Origin: an uncultured Gammaproteobacteria bacterium
GTDB lineage: Bacteria; Patescibacteriota; Patescibacteriia; Magasanikbacterales; UBA922
DNA length: 64,000 bases
Assembly: GCA_965231005.1 (NCBI GenBank)
Contig: OZ246405.1
Location: forward strand, 167,204 to 231,203
Reading direction: 5' to 3'
Below the pieces are notes generated by a model. It had not been told where the DNA came from. It saw nothing but the letters and a program-made list of their open reading frames with translations, and ran no database searches. Position numbers and translations under genes: made by a program. Shown piece by piece: positions 9,102-19,669 of this stretch. The stretch's first letter is position 1; every line of letters begins with the position of its first letter.

Positions 9102-10868
9102 CTATTCACTTACCCTAAATACCTCCTCTAAAGAGGTAATCCCATCTATTGCCTTTAGAATACCATCTTGAACCATAGTTGTCATCCCCTGGGCAATAGC
9201 TGCCTTTTCTATATCATATTCTGACACATGACCTTGAACAATCATCTGCTCAATTTCTTTGTTGATAAGGAGGGTCTCATATATACCAACACGCCCTTTA
9301 TACCCGAGTCCATTACATTCATCACACCCAGGTGCATCATAAAATGTAAGTGTTTTTGCAGCAACTTCTTGTTTTTCCTTTTCTGGCATTGCTTCTACAA
9401 TAGCCTGAATCTTTTGTTGTTCTTGTTCTGTTACTACATGCTCTTTTTTACATTTTTCACATAACTTTCTAACAAGTCGTTGTCCAACAACAGCATTGAG
9501 TGCTGGCGCAAGTAAAAATGGTTTTACTCCCATGGACAAAAATCGAGGAATTGCACCAGAAGCACTGTTTGTATGAAGTGTTGAAAGAATAAGATGACCA
9601 GTAAGTGCTGCTTGAATAGCAATTTCTGCTGTTTCTAAATCTCTAATTTCTCCAACCATGGCAATATCTGGATCTTGTCGGAGAATAGAGCGAAGTCCTT
9701 TTCCAAATGTATAATCTTTTGTTTTATCAATCTGACTTTGGTTGATCCCTTCCATTTTATATTCCACAGGATCTTCCAGTGTGATGATTTTCACGCCTGG
9801 CTTATTTAACATATGCATGACTGCATAGAGTGTTGTTGTTTTACCAGACCCTGTTGGACCAGTGGTAATAATCATACCGTTTGGTCGAGCAATTTCAGTG
9901 GAAATAATGTCGTATGACCATGGTTTAAATCCAAGTTTATCAAGTGTAAGACCTTCACGTGATTGACGGAGCAGACGCATAACAACACTCTCACCATAAA
10001 CTGTTGGCAATGTTGAAACACGAACATCTACATCGCCTTCTGGAATTTTAATTGTAAACCGTCCATCCTGTGGCTTGTCTGTAATATTTAATTTCAAACT
10101 TGAAACAAGTTTTATACGAGAAACCAATTTTCGAAATGTTTCTTTTGGTAGTGTAGCAACATCATGCAAAATACCATCAAGTCTAAACCGAACAGCAATA
10201 CCACTTTCTTCTGCTTCAATATGGACATCAGAGGATTCGAGTTTAAGAGAAGCACCTAAAATAAATGTAATAAGATCTGTTGTAGATGTTTTTTCAATAA
10301 GTGATTGCAATGATTTAAAATCATTCACATCTGCCTGCACTTTTTCCAAACCTTCTGCTTTTATTGAAATGTCTTTTGTAACTGCCTTAACTGTCGGAAG
10401 CTTTTTGTATAATTCAAGAACTCTATCATAACTACTTTGAGAAATAACATACATTCCTACTCTTGCACGTTCTTCTGATTCAAGACGAGTTACAATCTCT
10501 TGAACTGCTGGTGCCTTTGGATCAAGAGCACCAACACGAATTTCACTGTCATCTGCATAAAAACAAATAGCCTTTGCTTCTTTTGCTTCTTCAAGAGGTA
10601 CTTTCCGAAGAGCATGCTGGCTCACTGGAAATTTTCCAAGATCAATATGTGGCACACCAATCTGTGAAGAAAATCTCATTGCTTCTGTTTCTCTTTCCTT
10701 CAATGAAATCTGCCCCATCTTTTTTTCAAACTTTGCCTGAACAGATTCATCAACAACAGAAACAGCCTTCTTTTGTGAAGAAGGCGGTGGTGGTGCAGCA
10801 GCATCGTCTGTTTGTGGTGCTGCTGGTTTTTTCTTTAGTAAATCATCTATTGATGGAAGGTCAGACAT
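9102..10868 (-). CDS. pilB: Type IV pilus / type II secretion assembly ATPase
   Basis: GspE/PilB family with Walker A GPTGSGKTT, Asp box, His box, CxxC tetracysteine and an N-terminal GSPII-like domain. Confidence 0.85.
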   Translation of the reverse strand: MSDLPSIDDLLKKKPAAPQTDDAAAPPPPSSQKKAVSVVDESVQAKFEKKMGQISLKERETEAMRFSSQIGVPHIDLGKFPVSQHALRKVPLEEAKEAKAICFYADDSEIRVGALDPKAPAVQEIVTRLESEERARVGMYVISQSSYDRVLELYKKLPTVKAVTKDISIKAEGLEKVQADVNDFKSLQSLIEKTSTTDLITFILGASLKLESSDVHIEAEESGIAVRFRLDGILHDVATLPKETFRKLVSRIKLVSSLKLNITDKPQDGRFTIKIPEGDVDVRVSTLPTVYGESVVMRLLRQSREGLTLDKLGFKPWSYDIISTEIARPNGMIITTGPTGSGKTTTLYAVMHMLNKPGVKIITLEDPVEYKMEGINQSQIDKTKDYTFGKGLRSILRQDPDIAMVGEIRDLETAEIAIQAALTGHLILSTLHTNSASGAIPRFLSMGVKPFLLAPALNAVVGQRLVRKLCEKCKKEHVVTEQEQQKIQAIVEAMPEKEKQEVAAKTLTFYDAPGCDECNGLGYKGRVGIYETLLINKEIEQMIVQGHVSEYDIEKAAIAQGMTTMVQDGILKAIDGITSLEEVFRVSE

Positions 10869-10910
10869 ATGAAAATTTTATTTCCAAGGTATAGACGACA
10901 GGCGAAACGG

Positions 10911-11894
10911 CTACACTCCTAGCCAATGTGCTGTTCTGCTTTTTACTCCATCTTTGTGCATTTTCATAAACAAGTATGTCCATGTTGAAACACTAAAGAC
11001 TGTAAATAACGAACCAATGAAAATGATAAATAATGTAAATAATAGAAAGGCTACCATTGTGGCTGTTGCAAAGAGTGCACTACTTCCAAGTATTGCTGCT
11101 ACAACCCAGAGTAAGAGACTTGGAATGAAGAACACAAATAGTGAAAGAGCCGCAAAAATACCAAGTAAGAGATTCAACAAGAGAATAATCAAACCAACTT
11201 CAACTGAAACAAACCAATGACTGATGAATAAGTGCCATGCTGATTCCATTGCTTCCCAAAACGGTTTTTCTTCTACAACAACATAACATGCTGCATAAAT
11301 AACGTAGAATGAAACGAACAAACCAACAATTACTGCACTAGCAAATACTGCCAAAAATTGCATAATTTCCATCATTGAATTTCCACCGGCAGCACTAAGT
11401 GCAAGGGATCCAACACCAATTGAAAGTGCAAGGAGAATGAATTTTTTGAAAATATTAATGAAGAATAATCTCCAAAAATGATCAATACCAACATGCCATG
11501 ATTTGTTCGCCTTTGGCAGTTTCTTTTTTCCCACTGACTTTGATGATGCATGAATCAATGCGCCTTGTGATACTGTTGCAACAAAGGCAAAGAAAATAAA
11601 TATGCCAAGAAAGAAAACAAAAATCCAGAGCACGCCAACCCATCCTGTCAATGGCAGACCTGATAAAAATCCAAAGGAAAATCCTTGAAGATCTACGAGG
11701 ATGTCAAAAAAGATTTGTGACGGTGTTGCACTGTCTCGAACAAATCCAATTGTTGTAAGAAGTTCTAACACTCCCATTTGTCCAAGGAACGTTGCAAACA
11801 GTCCAAGTGGCCAAAGCCATTTGTGTTTCCATGCAAGATGCCAACTGTGTGTTAGCGCCTCACGATAAAGTGGTTTTTTCATACTGACAGGCAT
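10911..11894 (-). CDS. Polytopic integral membrane protein, hypothetical
   Basis: Multiple hydrophobic helices. Start chosen at the MPVSMKK methionine. Confidence 0.5.
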   Translation of the reverse strand: MPVSMKKPLYREALTHSWHLAWKHKWLWPLGLFATFLGQMGVLELLTTIGFVRDSATPSQIFFDILVDLQGFSFGFLSGLPLTGWVGVLWIFVFFLGIFIFFAFVATVSQGALIHASSKSVGKKKLPKANKSWHVGIDHFWRLFFINIFKKFILLALSIGVGSLALSAAGGNSMMEIMQFLAVFASAVIVGLFVSFYVIYAACYVVVEEKPFWEAMESAWHLFISHWFVSVEVGLIILLLNLLLGIFAALSLFVFFIPSLLLWVVAAILGSSALFATATMVAFLLFTLFIIFIGSLFTVFSVSTWTYLFMKMHKDGVKSRTAHWLGV

Positions 11895-12008
11895 TTTAAA
11901 ATATCTTAACGCCAGAAGAAAACCTCTTCTGGGCTTTGTGCGTAGTATAGCACAAATAAGTTGATTGGTTAATTTGTCAACTGGTTTATTGGGGATGAAA
12001 CACAAAAG

Positions 12009-12743
12009 TTAATCACGAAGAGACTCCCATACCATGTTCCAAACTGTTTTCATTGTAAGTGCAATTGCTGGGTCTTCAATTACAACGCCAGCATATGGCT
12101 TACGGAAACTAATCATTGAAACTTTGTTTCCATAAATGTGAACCTCAGTATCAAATTTAATATCTTTTGCAAGTTTTGTAACACGCATTTGCTTATGATC
12201 TAGTGATTTCACTTTGCGACCACCTTTTCCATCTCGCGCGATTCCTTTAAACGGAATTCCTCGCTTGACTCGTTCCTCCGGGACAAACCACGTCCAATCA
12301 CCGAACGACTCAAACATTTTTTCATAATCTGTGAAAGCAAATACTGGCTCTCCTGTTTCGAGTAAATCCATGTACACATTTCTGACACCTTCTTTTCCTT
12401 GATAATATCGAACTTTTGGTTTATTTCCCGGACGATTATAGAGTGCCTTTAATTCTGGCATAAACTTGCCAAGTTGCTTGAGTTGTTCCTTCCCTCTTTC
12501 CTCTAAAACAGTTGGGTCTTCTGCAACAATAAGGGTCTTACCATGATGTTGAATCTCTGAAAGAAACCCCATGGACTTCATTTCATCGAGAAAATTATAA
12601 ATACTGGTCCGTTTTACTTTTGATTTTTCTGCAAGTTCTTGGACAGTAGCACTCCCTAATTCTAAACAAGCCAAATATACTTGGGATTGCTTTTCGTTCA
12701 AGCCAAATTGTTTTATAAGGGTGGAAAGTTGTTTTTCTGCCAT
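12009..12743 (-). CDS. TrmB-family transcriptional regulator
   Basis: N-terminal winged HTH (QSQVYLACLELGSATVQELAEKSKVKRTSIYNFLDEMKSMGFL). Start at MAEKQ. Confidence 0.65.
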   Translation of the reverse strand: MAEKQLSTLIKQFGLNEKQSQVYLACLELGSATVQELAEKSKVKRTSIYNFLDEMKSMGFLSEIQHHGKTLIVAEDPTVLEERGKEQLKQLGKFMPELKALYNRPGNKPKVRYYQGKEGVRNVYMDLLETGEPVFAFTDYEKMFESFGDWTWFVPEERVKRGIPFKGIARDGKGGRKVKSLDHKQMRVTKLAKDIKFDTEVHIYGNKVSMISFRKPYAGVVIEDPAIALTMKTVWNMVWESLRD

Positions 12744-12745
12744 AT

Positions 12746-12812
12746 TATTGTCTATTTTATAGACAATATAATTTTTTTGCTGCGTTGTCAAGTTTTTGTA
12801 GACAAAAAATAT
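12746..12812. promoter_or_regulatory. Candidate operators in the divergent TrmB / binding-protein intergenic region
   Basis: Perfect palindrome TTGTCTAT-ttt-ATAGACAA (12748-12766) and a second related element GTTGTCAAGTTTTTGTAGACAA. Confidence 0.4.
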
Positions 12813-12912
12813 AGAGCAGCACATAAAATTTCTGTCTAAAGTGTGGACATATAAAATCCCCTCTGGTATGTTTTCCTCATATTGCAATAGATCGAAAATT
12901 AAATCATATGTT

Positions 12913-14028
12913 ATGAAAAACCAGACAAAATGGATTCTTGGAATTGCTCTTGGCATTATTATTATTGCCATAGGATTTTCAGGACCAAGCAAGAAAGAAG
13001 TTTCAAACACAACAGAGACAATTAAGGTTGGGCTTTCAGCACCAATGACAGGAGAGGCAGCGAGTTATGGTGATGCTTTATTTGGAGGAGTACATCTTGC
13101 TATATCAGAAATAAATGCAGCTGGAGGAATTAACGGACGCATGATGGAACTCATTGTTGCTGATGATAAGTGCTCCAAGGACGGTGCAAGCACATTTAAC
13201 AAACTCGTCCATGCTGACAAAGTAGACGTCATAATTGGACCAGTGTGTTCCGTAGCAGCAAGTCCGGGAATTCCAATCGCTCAGGCAGCTGGTGTTCCAA
13301 CAATCATTCATGCTACTGCAGCAGGGCTTCCTCGTGAAGGAAAGTACATCTTTAGAGACAATCCATCTGATGCATTTCAAGGAAAATTTGCAGCTGAATA
13401 TGTGAAAAATGAACTAAAAAAGAATAAAGTGGCAGTTCTCTACACAAAAAATCTGTGGGGTGAAGGAATTAGAGATGTGTTTATTAATCAATTTAAATCA
13501 CTTGGAGGAGAAATTGTGTATGAAGAAAGTGTATCTCAAGAGAGCACAGATGTTCGATCCCAAATCACAAAGATGAAGGCTACAAAACCAGAACTCGTAT
13601 ACATGCCAATGTATGCAAAAAGTGGCGGTGCAGCACTAAAACAAATGATTGAGCTTGGTCTTGATGTACCAATTCTTGCCGGGGATACATTTGACGGAGA
13701 AGAAATATGGAATCTCTCAGAGTCAGAGGGGGTCCTATACACAACCGCGAATGTAAATAATCCGCAAGAATTCCAGGACAAAGTAAAATTGATTTCTGGG
13801 AAAATACCTAACACGTTTACACCTTATGCGTACGACGCGGTAAATATTTTTGCAGAGGCTATTGAAAAAGTTGGGGACAACGGTGAAGATATCGCAAAAT
13901 ACATTGCAAAAACAACGTTTAATGCAGTATCTGGTCCAACCGTTTCTTTTGACAAAGACGGAGAGCTTACGAGTGCAGTATTCGACGTAAAGAAAATCCA
14001 GAATAAAAAAGGAGTTATTCTTGAATAA
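12913..14028 (+). CDS. ABC transporter substrate-binding protein, branched-chain amino acid (LivJ/LivK-like) family
   Basis: Signal anchor followed by a type-1 periplasmic binding fold (GLSAPMTGEAASYGD). Confidence 0.75.
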   Translation: MKNQTKWILGIALGIIIIAIGFSGPSKKEVSNTTETIKVGLSAPMTGEAASYGDALFGGVHLAISEINAAGGINGRMMELIVADDKCSKDGASTFNKLVHADKVDVIIGPVCSVAASPGIPIAQAAGVPTIIHATAAGLPREGKYIFRDNPSDAFQGKFAAEYVKNELKKNKVAVLYTKNLWGEGIRDVFINQFKSLGGEIVYEESVSQESTDVRSQITKMKATKPELVYMPMYAKSGGAALKQMIELGLDVPILAGDTFDGEEIWNLSESEGVLYTTANVNNPQEFQDKVKLISGKIPNTFTPYAYDAVNIFAEAIEKVGDNGEDIAKYIAKTTFNAVSGPTVSFDKDGELTSAVFDVKKIQNKKGVILE

Positions 14029-14041
14029 AAAATCACGAAAC

Positions 14042-14072
14042 AAAAAACCCCCGCATCAGCGGGGTTTTTTAA
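14042..14072. terminator. Bidirectional terminator
   Basis: AAAAAACCCCCGC-atca-GCGGGGTTTTTT. Confidence 0.8.
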
Positions 14073-14118
14073 TTATAGATGGCTCAATCTTGAACACCAG
14101 TAAAAGAAGTTGAAAAAA

Positions 14119-14340
14119 TTATGCATCAAGAAAATCACTTACAGAAATATCTAATTCTTTGAGAATCTCTTTTATTATTCTTGGATCAATATCTCCCTTG
14201 TGAGGATTGGGGACCCTAGAATACTTTCCAAAATAAAAAACTTTCTGGTGTTTTCTACCAAAATGAGGCCCTGTGCAGCCGAGCTTACGCAATTTTTGCA
14301 ATAGCTTTTTTCTTTTTAATGGCGTGATCCTCCTTTTCAT
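14119..14340 (-). CDS. hicA: HicA-family mRNA interferase toxin
   Basis: LRKLGCTGPHFGRKHQKVFY..RVPNPHKGDIDPRIIKEILKEL fits the HicA consensus. About 74 aa. Confidence 0.55.
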   Translation of the reverse strand: MKRRITPLKRKKLLQKLRKLGCTGPHFGRKHQKVFYFGKYSRVPNPHKGDIDPRIIKEILKELDISVSDFLDA

Positions 14341-14599
14341 GCCCTCCTTTAAATAAGTGAGAAAAAATTTTTCGAAGATGACTATCCAAATCTTTCCAAG
14401 AAACACCTTCATGCTCTGCATATGAGTCAACCAATTCCTCAATAACTTCTCTCATAACTTGTTTTGCCCTTTTCAATGTATATTCTTGGACATTTGCTCC
14501 AGGAAATGAATCACAAAAACCAACCCAACAATCAACAACTTCACCACGCACGTAGGTTGCTTTTTTATGATGGTAATCAATATATTCTTTCTTTGTCAT
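14285..14599 (-). CDS. hicB: HicB-family antitoxin
   Basis: N-terminal HicB-like fold (CWVGFCDSFPGANVQEYTLKRAKQVMREVIEE). Overlaps hicA by about 56 nt in a different frame. Confidence 0.5.
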   Translation of the reverse strand: MTKKEYIDYHHKKATYVRGEVVDCWVGFCDSFPGANVQEYTLKRAKQVMREVIEELVDSYAEHEGVSWKDLDSHLRKIFSHLFKGGHEKEDHAIKKKKAIAKIA

Positions 14600-14727
14600 A
14601 TAACATAAGTATATATTCTGATTCTATTTTGTCAAAAAATTGGGATATTTTATCTCACTTTTAAACAAATTGTTTAATTTAACAAAAAAACAAGACCCTT
14701 TCGAGCCTTGTTCATTATGTATACTTT

Positions 14728-16620
14728 TTACACCTCTGCTGAAAAAGAAGTTTCTGCTCCAGTACTCTCTTCCTTTTTCGCACCATCTCCCATGATATTT
14801 TTAAATTCATCTTGTTCAACAGTTTCTTTTTCAAGAAGTACTTTTACAAGTTCATCAACTTTTGCACGTTGAGTATCAAACACTTCTTGTGCACGACGTT
14901 TTGCAGTTTCAAGTAAGTCATTAATTTCAGCGTCAATGAGCTCTGCTGTTTTTTCTGAATAGTTTTTCTTTTCATGAATTTCTTGTGCCAAAAAAATAAG
15001 TTCGTCATTTTCTCCGTACATTCGTGGACCAAGTTTTTCACTCATTCCATAGCGCAGTACCATTGACTTTGCAGCATTTGTTGCCTGCTTCAAATCATTT
15101 GAAGGACCAGTTGTCTGATGGTCAGCACCATACACTGTTACTTCTGCAACAAGTCCACCCATCGCCATAGCAAGATCATCTTTAAACTGCGCAAGTGTCT
15201 TGTAGTTTGTATCTTTGTCTGGCATAGAAAGCGTGTATCCACCAGCCATACCACGACCAATAATAGATACTTTGCGAACAGGATCACAGTGTTTTAAGAA
15301 ATGAGCTACAACTGCATGACCAGCTTCGTGGTATGCTGTCATTTCACGTTCCTTCTCTGTAAGAATACGAGACTTTTTCTGTGGTCCAAGTAGCACCTTT
15401 TCAATACTTTCTAAGATATGCTCTTGTGTAATTTCTTTCTTTGTTTCACGAACAGCGAAAATAGCTGCTTCGTTCAAAAGATTTTCAAGATCTGCCCCGG
15501 TAAATCCAGGAGTTCTTTCTGCAAGACGTTTAAGATCAACATCTTTTGAAAGTGGTTTATTTTTTGCATGAACCTGTAAAATTTCTTCTCTATCATTGAT
15601 ATGTGGTTTATCAATAACAACTCGTCTGTCAAAACGACCAGGTCGAAGAAGAGCCTTATCAAGCACATCTGGACGGTTTGTTGCCGCAACAACAATCACA
15701 CCAGAGTTTGGTTCAAACCCATCCATTTCAACAAGGATTTGATTCAATGTTTGTTCACGCTCATCATGGCTTCCACCAAGTCCAGCACCACGCTTTCTTC
15801 CTACTGCATCAATCTCATCGATAAAAATAATTGATGGTGCAGACTTCTTTGCTTTGGTAAACAAGTCACGAACACGACTTGCACCAACACCCACAAACAT
15901 CTCTACAAATTCAGAACCAGAAATGTGATGGAATGGAACGTTTGCTTCTCCGGCAACAGCTTTTGCCAAAAGTGTTTTTCCTGTTCCAGGAGCACCCATG
16001 AGGAGTACACCTTTTGGAATTTTCGCTCCCATGTCTGCAAACTTTTTTGGATGTTTTAAGAAGTCAACAATTTCTTCTAATTCTTCCTTTGCTTCTTTTG
16101 CTCCTGCAACATCTTTGAATGTTTTTTTATCTTTTTGTTCTTCTGGTTTTACTTGCTTTGCTCCACTTTTACCAAATCCCATTGCACGGTTATTTACACC
16201 TTGCACTTGTCGACTCATAAAGAAAATAAGTCCACCAATAAATAAGAAAGGAATAATATATGGAGCAAGTGCACTGATCCAAAACTTCCAACCAGTTTCC
16301 TTTTTTACACTTAAGTCAACACCTCTGAGTTGTTCAGCAGTAACACCATAGTTGTTTAGTAATTCTGAAAGTGATTCACCAAATTCTTTTTTAATTTCTT
16401 GCTTTGTCTCACCTTCATCATTGAGTGTGACGTGAATTGTGTCGCCACGAACTTCAATGGTCTTTACTTTTTGTTCTTCAAGAGATTGAACCAAAGAACT
16501 AATACCAACTTCCTGTGGTTTTTCTTGCCCCACATCACCAAAACTGGCAAATCCAGCAATCAAAAACAAGACAATGAAAATGATACCAAAGTTCTTGATT
16601 AGTTGTTTAATGTTATTCAT
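14728..16620 (-). CDS. ftsH: ATP-dependent zinc metalloprotease FtsH
   Basis: AAA motifs GPPGTGKT, second region of homology and HEAGH zinc site. 630 aa. Confidence 0.95.
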   Translation of the reverse strand: MNNIKQLIKNFGIIFIVLFLIAGFASFGDVGQEKPQEVGISSLVQSLEEQKVKTIEVRGDTIHVTLNDEGETKQEIKKEFGESLSELLNNYGVTAEQLRGVDLSVKKETGWKFWISALAPYIIPFLFIGGLIFFMSRQVQGVNNRAMGFGKSGAKQVKPEEQKDKKTFKDVAGAKEAKEELEEIVDFLKHPKKFADMGAKIPKGVLLMGAPGTGKTLLAKAVAGEANVPFHHISGSEFVEMFVGVGASRVRDLFTKAKKSAPSIIFIDEIDAVGRKRGAGLGGSHDEREQTLNQILVEMDGFEPNSGVIVVAATNRPDVLDKALLRPGRFDRRVVIDKPHINDREEILQVHAKNKPLSKDVDLKRLAERTPGFTGADLENLLNEAAIFAVRETKKEITQEHILESIEKVLLGPQKKSRILTEKEREMTAYHEAGHAVVAHFLKHCDPVRKVSIIGRGMAGGYTLSMPDKDTNYKTLAQFKDDLAMAMGGLVAEVTVYGADHQTTGPSNDLKQATNAAKSMVLRYGMSEKLGPRMYGENDELIFLAQEIHEKKNYSEKTAELIDAEINDLLETAKRRAQEVFDTQRAKVDELVKVLLEKETVEQDEFKNIMGDGAKKEESTGAETSFSAEV

Positions 16621-16657
16621 AACAATGAATTAGCAATTAACAAATAACAATTAACAA
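16621..16657. repeat. TTGTTAATTG-type leader array immediately upstream of ftsH
   Basis: Sense strand reads TTGTTAATTGTTATTTGTTAATTGCTAATTCATTGTT then ATG. No SD. Confidence 0.6.
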
Positions 16658-16704
16658 ACTTTCCCCAACGTGTTATTTGCAATCCACTTATTTATTAAGC
16701 ACAC

Positions 16705-17967
16705 TTAAGCATTTTGTGAAGTTCCTGCAACAACCTCTTCCTTTGATTCTTCCTTCTTTGGAGAATTAACAGCCACATCTTCCGATGAAGTTTCTGAACC
16801 AGAACTTGTCTCTTCTACTGGAGCCTTTACGGCATTTACGGCCTCTTCAGCTTTTTCAACTTTTTGAGCAGACTTTCCCTTCACACCATGAACTTTCAAT
16901 CCAAGACGGTGTTCAGATGGCTCAATATTAATAATTTCAAATTTGTGTGTTGAACCGATTGCAAATTTTTCACGAACTTCTTGATCTGTCATTGGGCGAT
17001 CTGCAAGTTCTGAAATGTGCGCAAGTCCATGAATTGCATCATCAAGCTTTACCATAAGACCAAAATGTTCGATCTTATGAACAATACCGTCAACAGCTTG
17101 TCCAACTTTGTATGTATCTTTCACACTCTTCCAAGGATCATCTACAAGTCGTTTTACAGAAAGATAGATCTTTGATTTATTCAAATCAATAATTTGTGCT
17201 TTGATCTTTTGACCAACTTTAAGAACATCTTTTGGATGATCAATTCGTTGCCATGCAATTTCTGAAATATGAACAAGTCCTTCAAGACCTTGACCAAATC
17301 TCATGAACGCACCAAATGATGTAAGCGCACTTACTTCACCTTCGACCATGTCTCCAATCTTATACGATTCAAGAACAGCTTTTTGGTCGTCTTCCCAAAC
17401 AGCTTTTTCTGAAACAATCAATTTTTCTTCTTGACGATTTGTATCAATAACACGCACTTGGATTGTTTTTCCAATCATGCGTTGCAAGTGTTCTAAAATT
17501 TTATTTTTGTCTCCACCAGGAACACGTGGATAATTTTCAGGACTAAGTTGTGACACAGGCATAAATCCTTTTACTGCATCTACTTGCATCATAAGTCCAC
17601 CTTTGTTTGCAGCAAGAATTTTTGCTTCAATGGTAATACCGTCTTTCATGTATTTTTCCATTGAGTCCCAAACAAGTTGGTGTCCAGCGATACGGAATGA
17701 TAATTCCATTTCACCGTTTTCATTTTCCTGCTCAACAACTGTTGCTTCTACTGTATCTCCAATTTGGACGTTTCCATATTGTGCTGATTCAGCAAACAAT
17801 TCTGGTCCACGAACAACACCAGTGGTCATACCATCGATGTCAATACGAACAGCACCATTATCAATTGAGATAACAGTTCCTTTTACAATCTCTCCTACTT
17901 TTGGAATTTTTGTAAAAAAATCCTTCAGCAAATCTGCGAAGTCTTGTGTTTTTGCGTCTTGCGACAT
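16705..17967 (-). CDS. rpsA: 30S ribosomal protein S1 with four S1 domains
   Basis: Repeated S1 OB-fold motifs. 420 aa. Confidence 0.85.
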   Translation of the reverse strand: MSQDAKTQDFADLLKDFFTKIPKVGEIVKGTVISIDNGAVRIDIDGMTTGVVRGPELFAESAQYGNVQIGDTVEATVVEQENENGEMELSFRIAGHQLVWDSMEKYMKDGITIEAKILAANKGGLMMQVDAVKGFMPVSQLSPENYPRVPGGDKNKILEHLQRMIGKTIQVRVIDTNRQEEKLIVSEKAVWEDDQKAVLESYKIGDMVEGEVSALTSFGAFMRFGQGLEGLVHISEIAWQRIDHPKDVLKVGQKIKAQIIDLNKSKIYLSVKRLVDDPWKSVKDTYKVGQAVDGIVHKIEHFGLMVKLDDAIHGLAHISELADRPMTDQEVREKFAIGSTHKFEIINIEPSEHRLGLKVHGVKGKSAQKVEKAEEAVNAVKAPVEETSSGSETSSEDVAVNSPKKEESKEEVVAGTSQNA

Positions 17968-18101
17968 ATAAATTTGTAGAACCTATCTCAAAAATAATAA
18001 GGTACTTTTGGGATAGATTATGTTAACCTAGCAATTTTTTTGCCAAGTCAGCCCCGTTTAATGAATTAATAATGATTTGGGGCAATGAATAAGGTTGAAA
18101 T

Positions 18102-18130
18102 ACTATACCATTAATATAGAAAAAATGCAA
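18102..18130 (-). promoter_or_regulatory. rpsA promoter
   Basis: TTGCAT, 17-bp spacer, TATAGT. The 9-bp array abuts the -35. Confidence 0.6.
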
Positions 18131-18178
18131 GTAAAAAGCTTCAAAGGCTTTAAATGCCGTAAATGCCATAAAGGTTAA
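18131..18178. repeat. 9-bp tandem array (RGCNTTTAN x5) upstream of the rpsA promoter
   Basis: AAAGCTTCA AAGGCTTTA AATGCCGTA AATGCCATA AAGGTTAAG. Confidence 0.7.
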
Positions 18179-18247
18179 GGACATTTTTGGCTTATCTTAG
18201 CAAAAAAATCCCAAATTTCAGAAATTTTGAAACCCTTAAAGTTTACA

Positions 18248-18292
18248 GAGCCTTTAAGGCTTTTAAAGCTTTTACAGCATTTAAGGCCTTTC
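18248..18292. repeat. 9-bp tandem array x5 upstream of the cassette B promoter
   Basis: GAGCCTTTA AGGCTTTTA AAGCTTTTA CAGCATTTA AGGCCTTTC. Confidence 0.7.
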
Positions 18293-18295
18293 CTC

Positions 18296-18324
18296 TTGAC
18301 AAAACCGATTTTTTTTGCTATAGT
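18296..18324 (+). promoter_or_regulatory. Promoter of cassette B
   Basis: TTGACA, 17-bp spacer, TATAGT. Near-identical to the cassette F3 promoter. Confidence 0.6.
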
Positions 18325-18368
18325 GAGCAGTCCAAAATGTTCTTTAAAAAGGCTCTATTTGTCAAAAG

Positions 18369-18422
18369 CAGTAAGGTCTCACAGGATGTATCTATTCAGA
18401 TGCATCGTGTGAGACCTTACTG
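18369..18422 (+). other. Perfect 15-bp stem with 24-nt loop in the 260-nt leader of cassette B
   Basis: CAGTAAGGTCTCACA and TGTGAGACCTTACTG. No T-tract follows. Confidence 0.7.
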
Positions 18423-18583
18423 TAGTTCTCCCTGGTTGCTCTTGATGAGCTGCTAGGTTGTTTTTTGACCGTACTGAAAGAAGCCAACTGCCCGAGCGGC
18501 ATACAAGATAGATCCCCACAAGAGATCTGACAGGGCGATCCTGCCCAAACCAAAGGGCAGACTGCCCGACAACGGAGTAGACC

Positions 18584-19669
18584 ATGACTACGAACAACAA
18601 CGGAAGAAACCGAAACCGCCTCCTCGTCACCGACTGGGACGAAGTCGGTCGCGACATCGAGGGCAAGTTCACCCACCGCATCAGCCTGTTCGATGACCTC
18701 GGGCCGGCTCAGCTCCCCCAGGTCAGCGAGATCATCATCCGCGCCATCGAGACGGTCGCACCTGACCCCGAGACCGCTCACAAAGCCGTGGTACGCATCC
18801 AGACCCGCGAAATCCACGAGATCTTCGTGCGCGGTGACAGCTCGCGCGATGTGAAGCCGCGCATGGTCGCACGGGGCAAAGACAAGCACAACGAGATGAA
18901 GGCGAAGCTCGACTACAAGGGCAAGCTGCTCAGCGGCAAGCACAACCGCAAGAACCGGCATCTCCGCGAGAAGCTCGACGAGCTGGTCGAGCGTGTGTCC
19001 ACTGGCGACCTCGACCTCTTCATCGACCGCATCATCGGCAACATCGCCTGGCTCATGCGCGGCGATGGCATCTGGGTCGACGGCACCAAGATGTTCGAGG
19101 GCGAAAAGTTCTTCGCGTCCCAGATCGTGCTCCACAAGGACGACCTGGACGACGAGGAGCTGGAAGAACTGGAAGCCGAAGCCGAGGCCGACCGTGACGC
19201 GGCTGCCATCCGCGATGCCGAGAAGGAAAAGGGTGAGCCGCTGACCGACGAGGAGATCGAGCACGTCAAGGCCGAGCGTCGGCGCAAGTGGGCCGAGAAG
19301 GTCGCGGCGCGCGAGGCTCGCAAGGCCGAGCGTGATGGCAAGTCCGAGTCCGACGGCGAGAGCGGCGGTGAGTCCGGCGGCAAGGGTGACCTGGCCGACG
19401 ACGACAAGCTGAAGGCTCTCGACGGCAAGCTGCCGAGCAACCCCGACGAGGCCGAGCTGGCGCGCCTGCAGAAGAAGGACAAGTGGAGCGCCGCGGACTG
19501 GCGTGCGCACGCCGAGTGGAAGCTGGGCAAGCCGTTCAGCAAGGGCACCGAGGCCCAGGCCGCTCTGCGCGAAGCCAACTGGGACAAGGCCGTGGTCCTG
19601 AAGGGTCTGCAGCACAAGCTCGCCAACCTCGCCAACGGCAACGGTGAGGGCAAGTCCGACGCCAAGTAG
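18584..19669 (+). CDS. GC-rich hypothetical protein with a long charged C-terminal tail (cassette B, 361 aa)
   Basis: ATG with SD GGAG. GC-rich third codon positions. No domain recognised. Confidence 0.6.
   Translation: MTTNNNGRNRNRLLVTDWDEVGRDIEGKFTHRISLFDDLGPAQLPQVSEIIIRAIETVAPDPETAHKAVVRIQTREIHEIFVRGDSSRDVKPRMVARGKDKHNEMKAKLDYKGKLLSGKHNRKNRHLREKLDELVERVSTGDLDLFIDRIIGNIAWLMRGDGIWVDGTKMFEGEKFFASQIVLHKDDLDDEELEELEAEAEADRDAAAIRDAEKEKGEPLTDEEIEHVKAERRRKWAEKVAAREARKAERDGKSESDGESGGESGGKGDLADDDKLKALDGKLPSNPDEAELARLQKKDKWSAADWRAHAEWKLGKPFSKGTEAQAALREANWDKAVVLKGLQHKLANLANGNGEGKSDAK

Noticed and set aside
14119-14442. 107-aa ORF as a single protein
   Set aside because: Only the C-terminal 74 aa resemble HicA. 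The N-terminal part overlaps hicB in another frame and looks spurious.
18425-18480. CUUGAUGAG...GAAA in the cassette B leader resembling a hammerhead ribozyme core
   Set aside because: The conserved CUGANGA box is not matched exactly (it reads CUUGAUGAG). I could not build stems I, II and III around it, and no cleavage-site context is present. Most likely chance.
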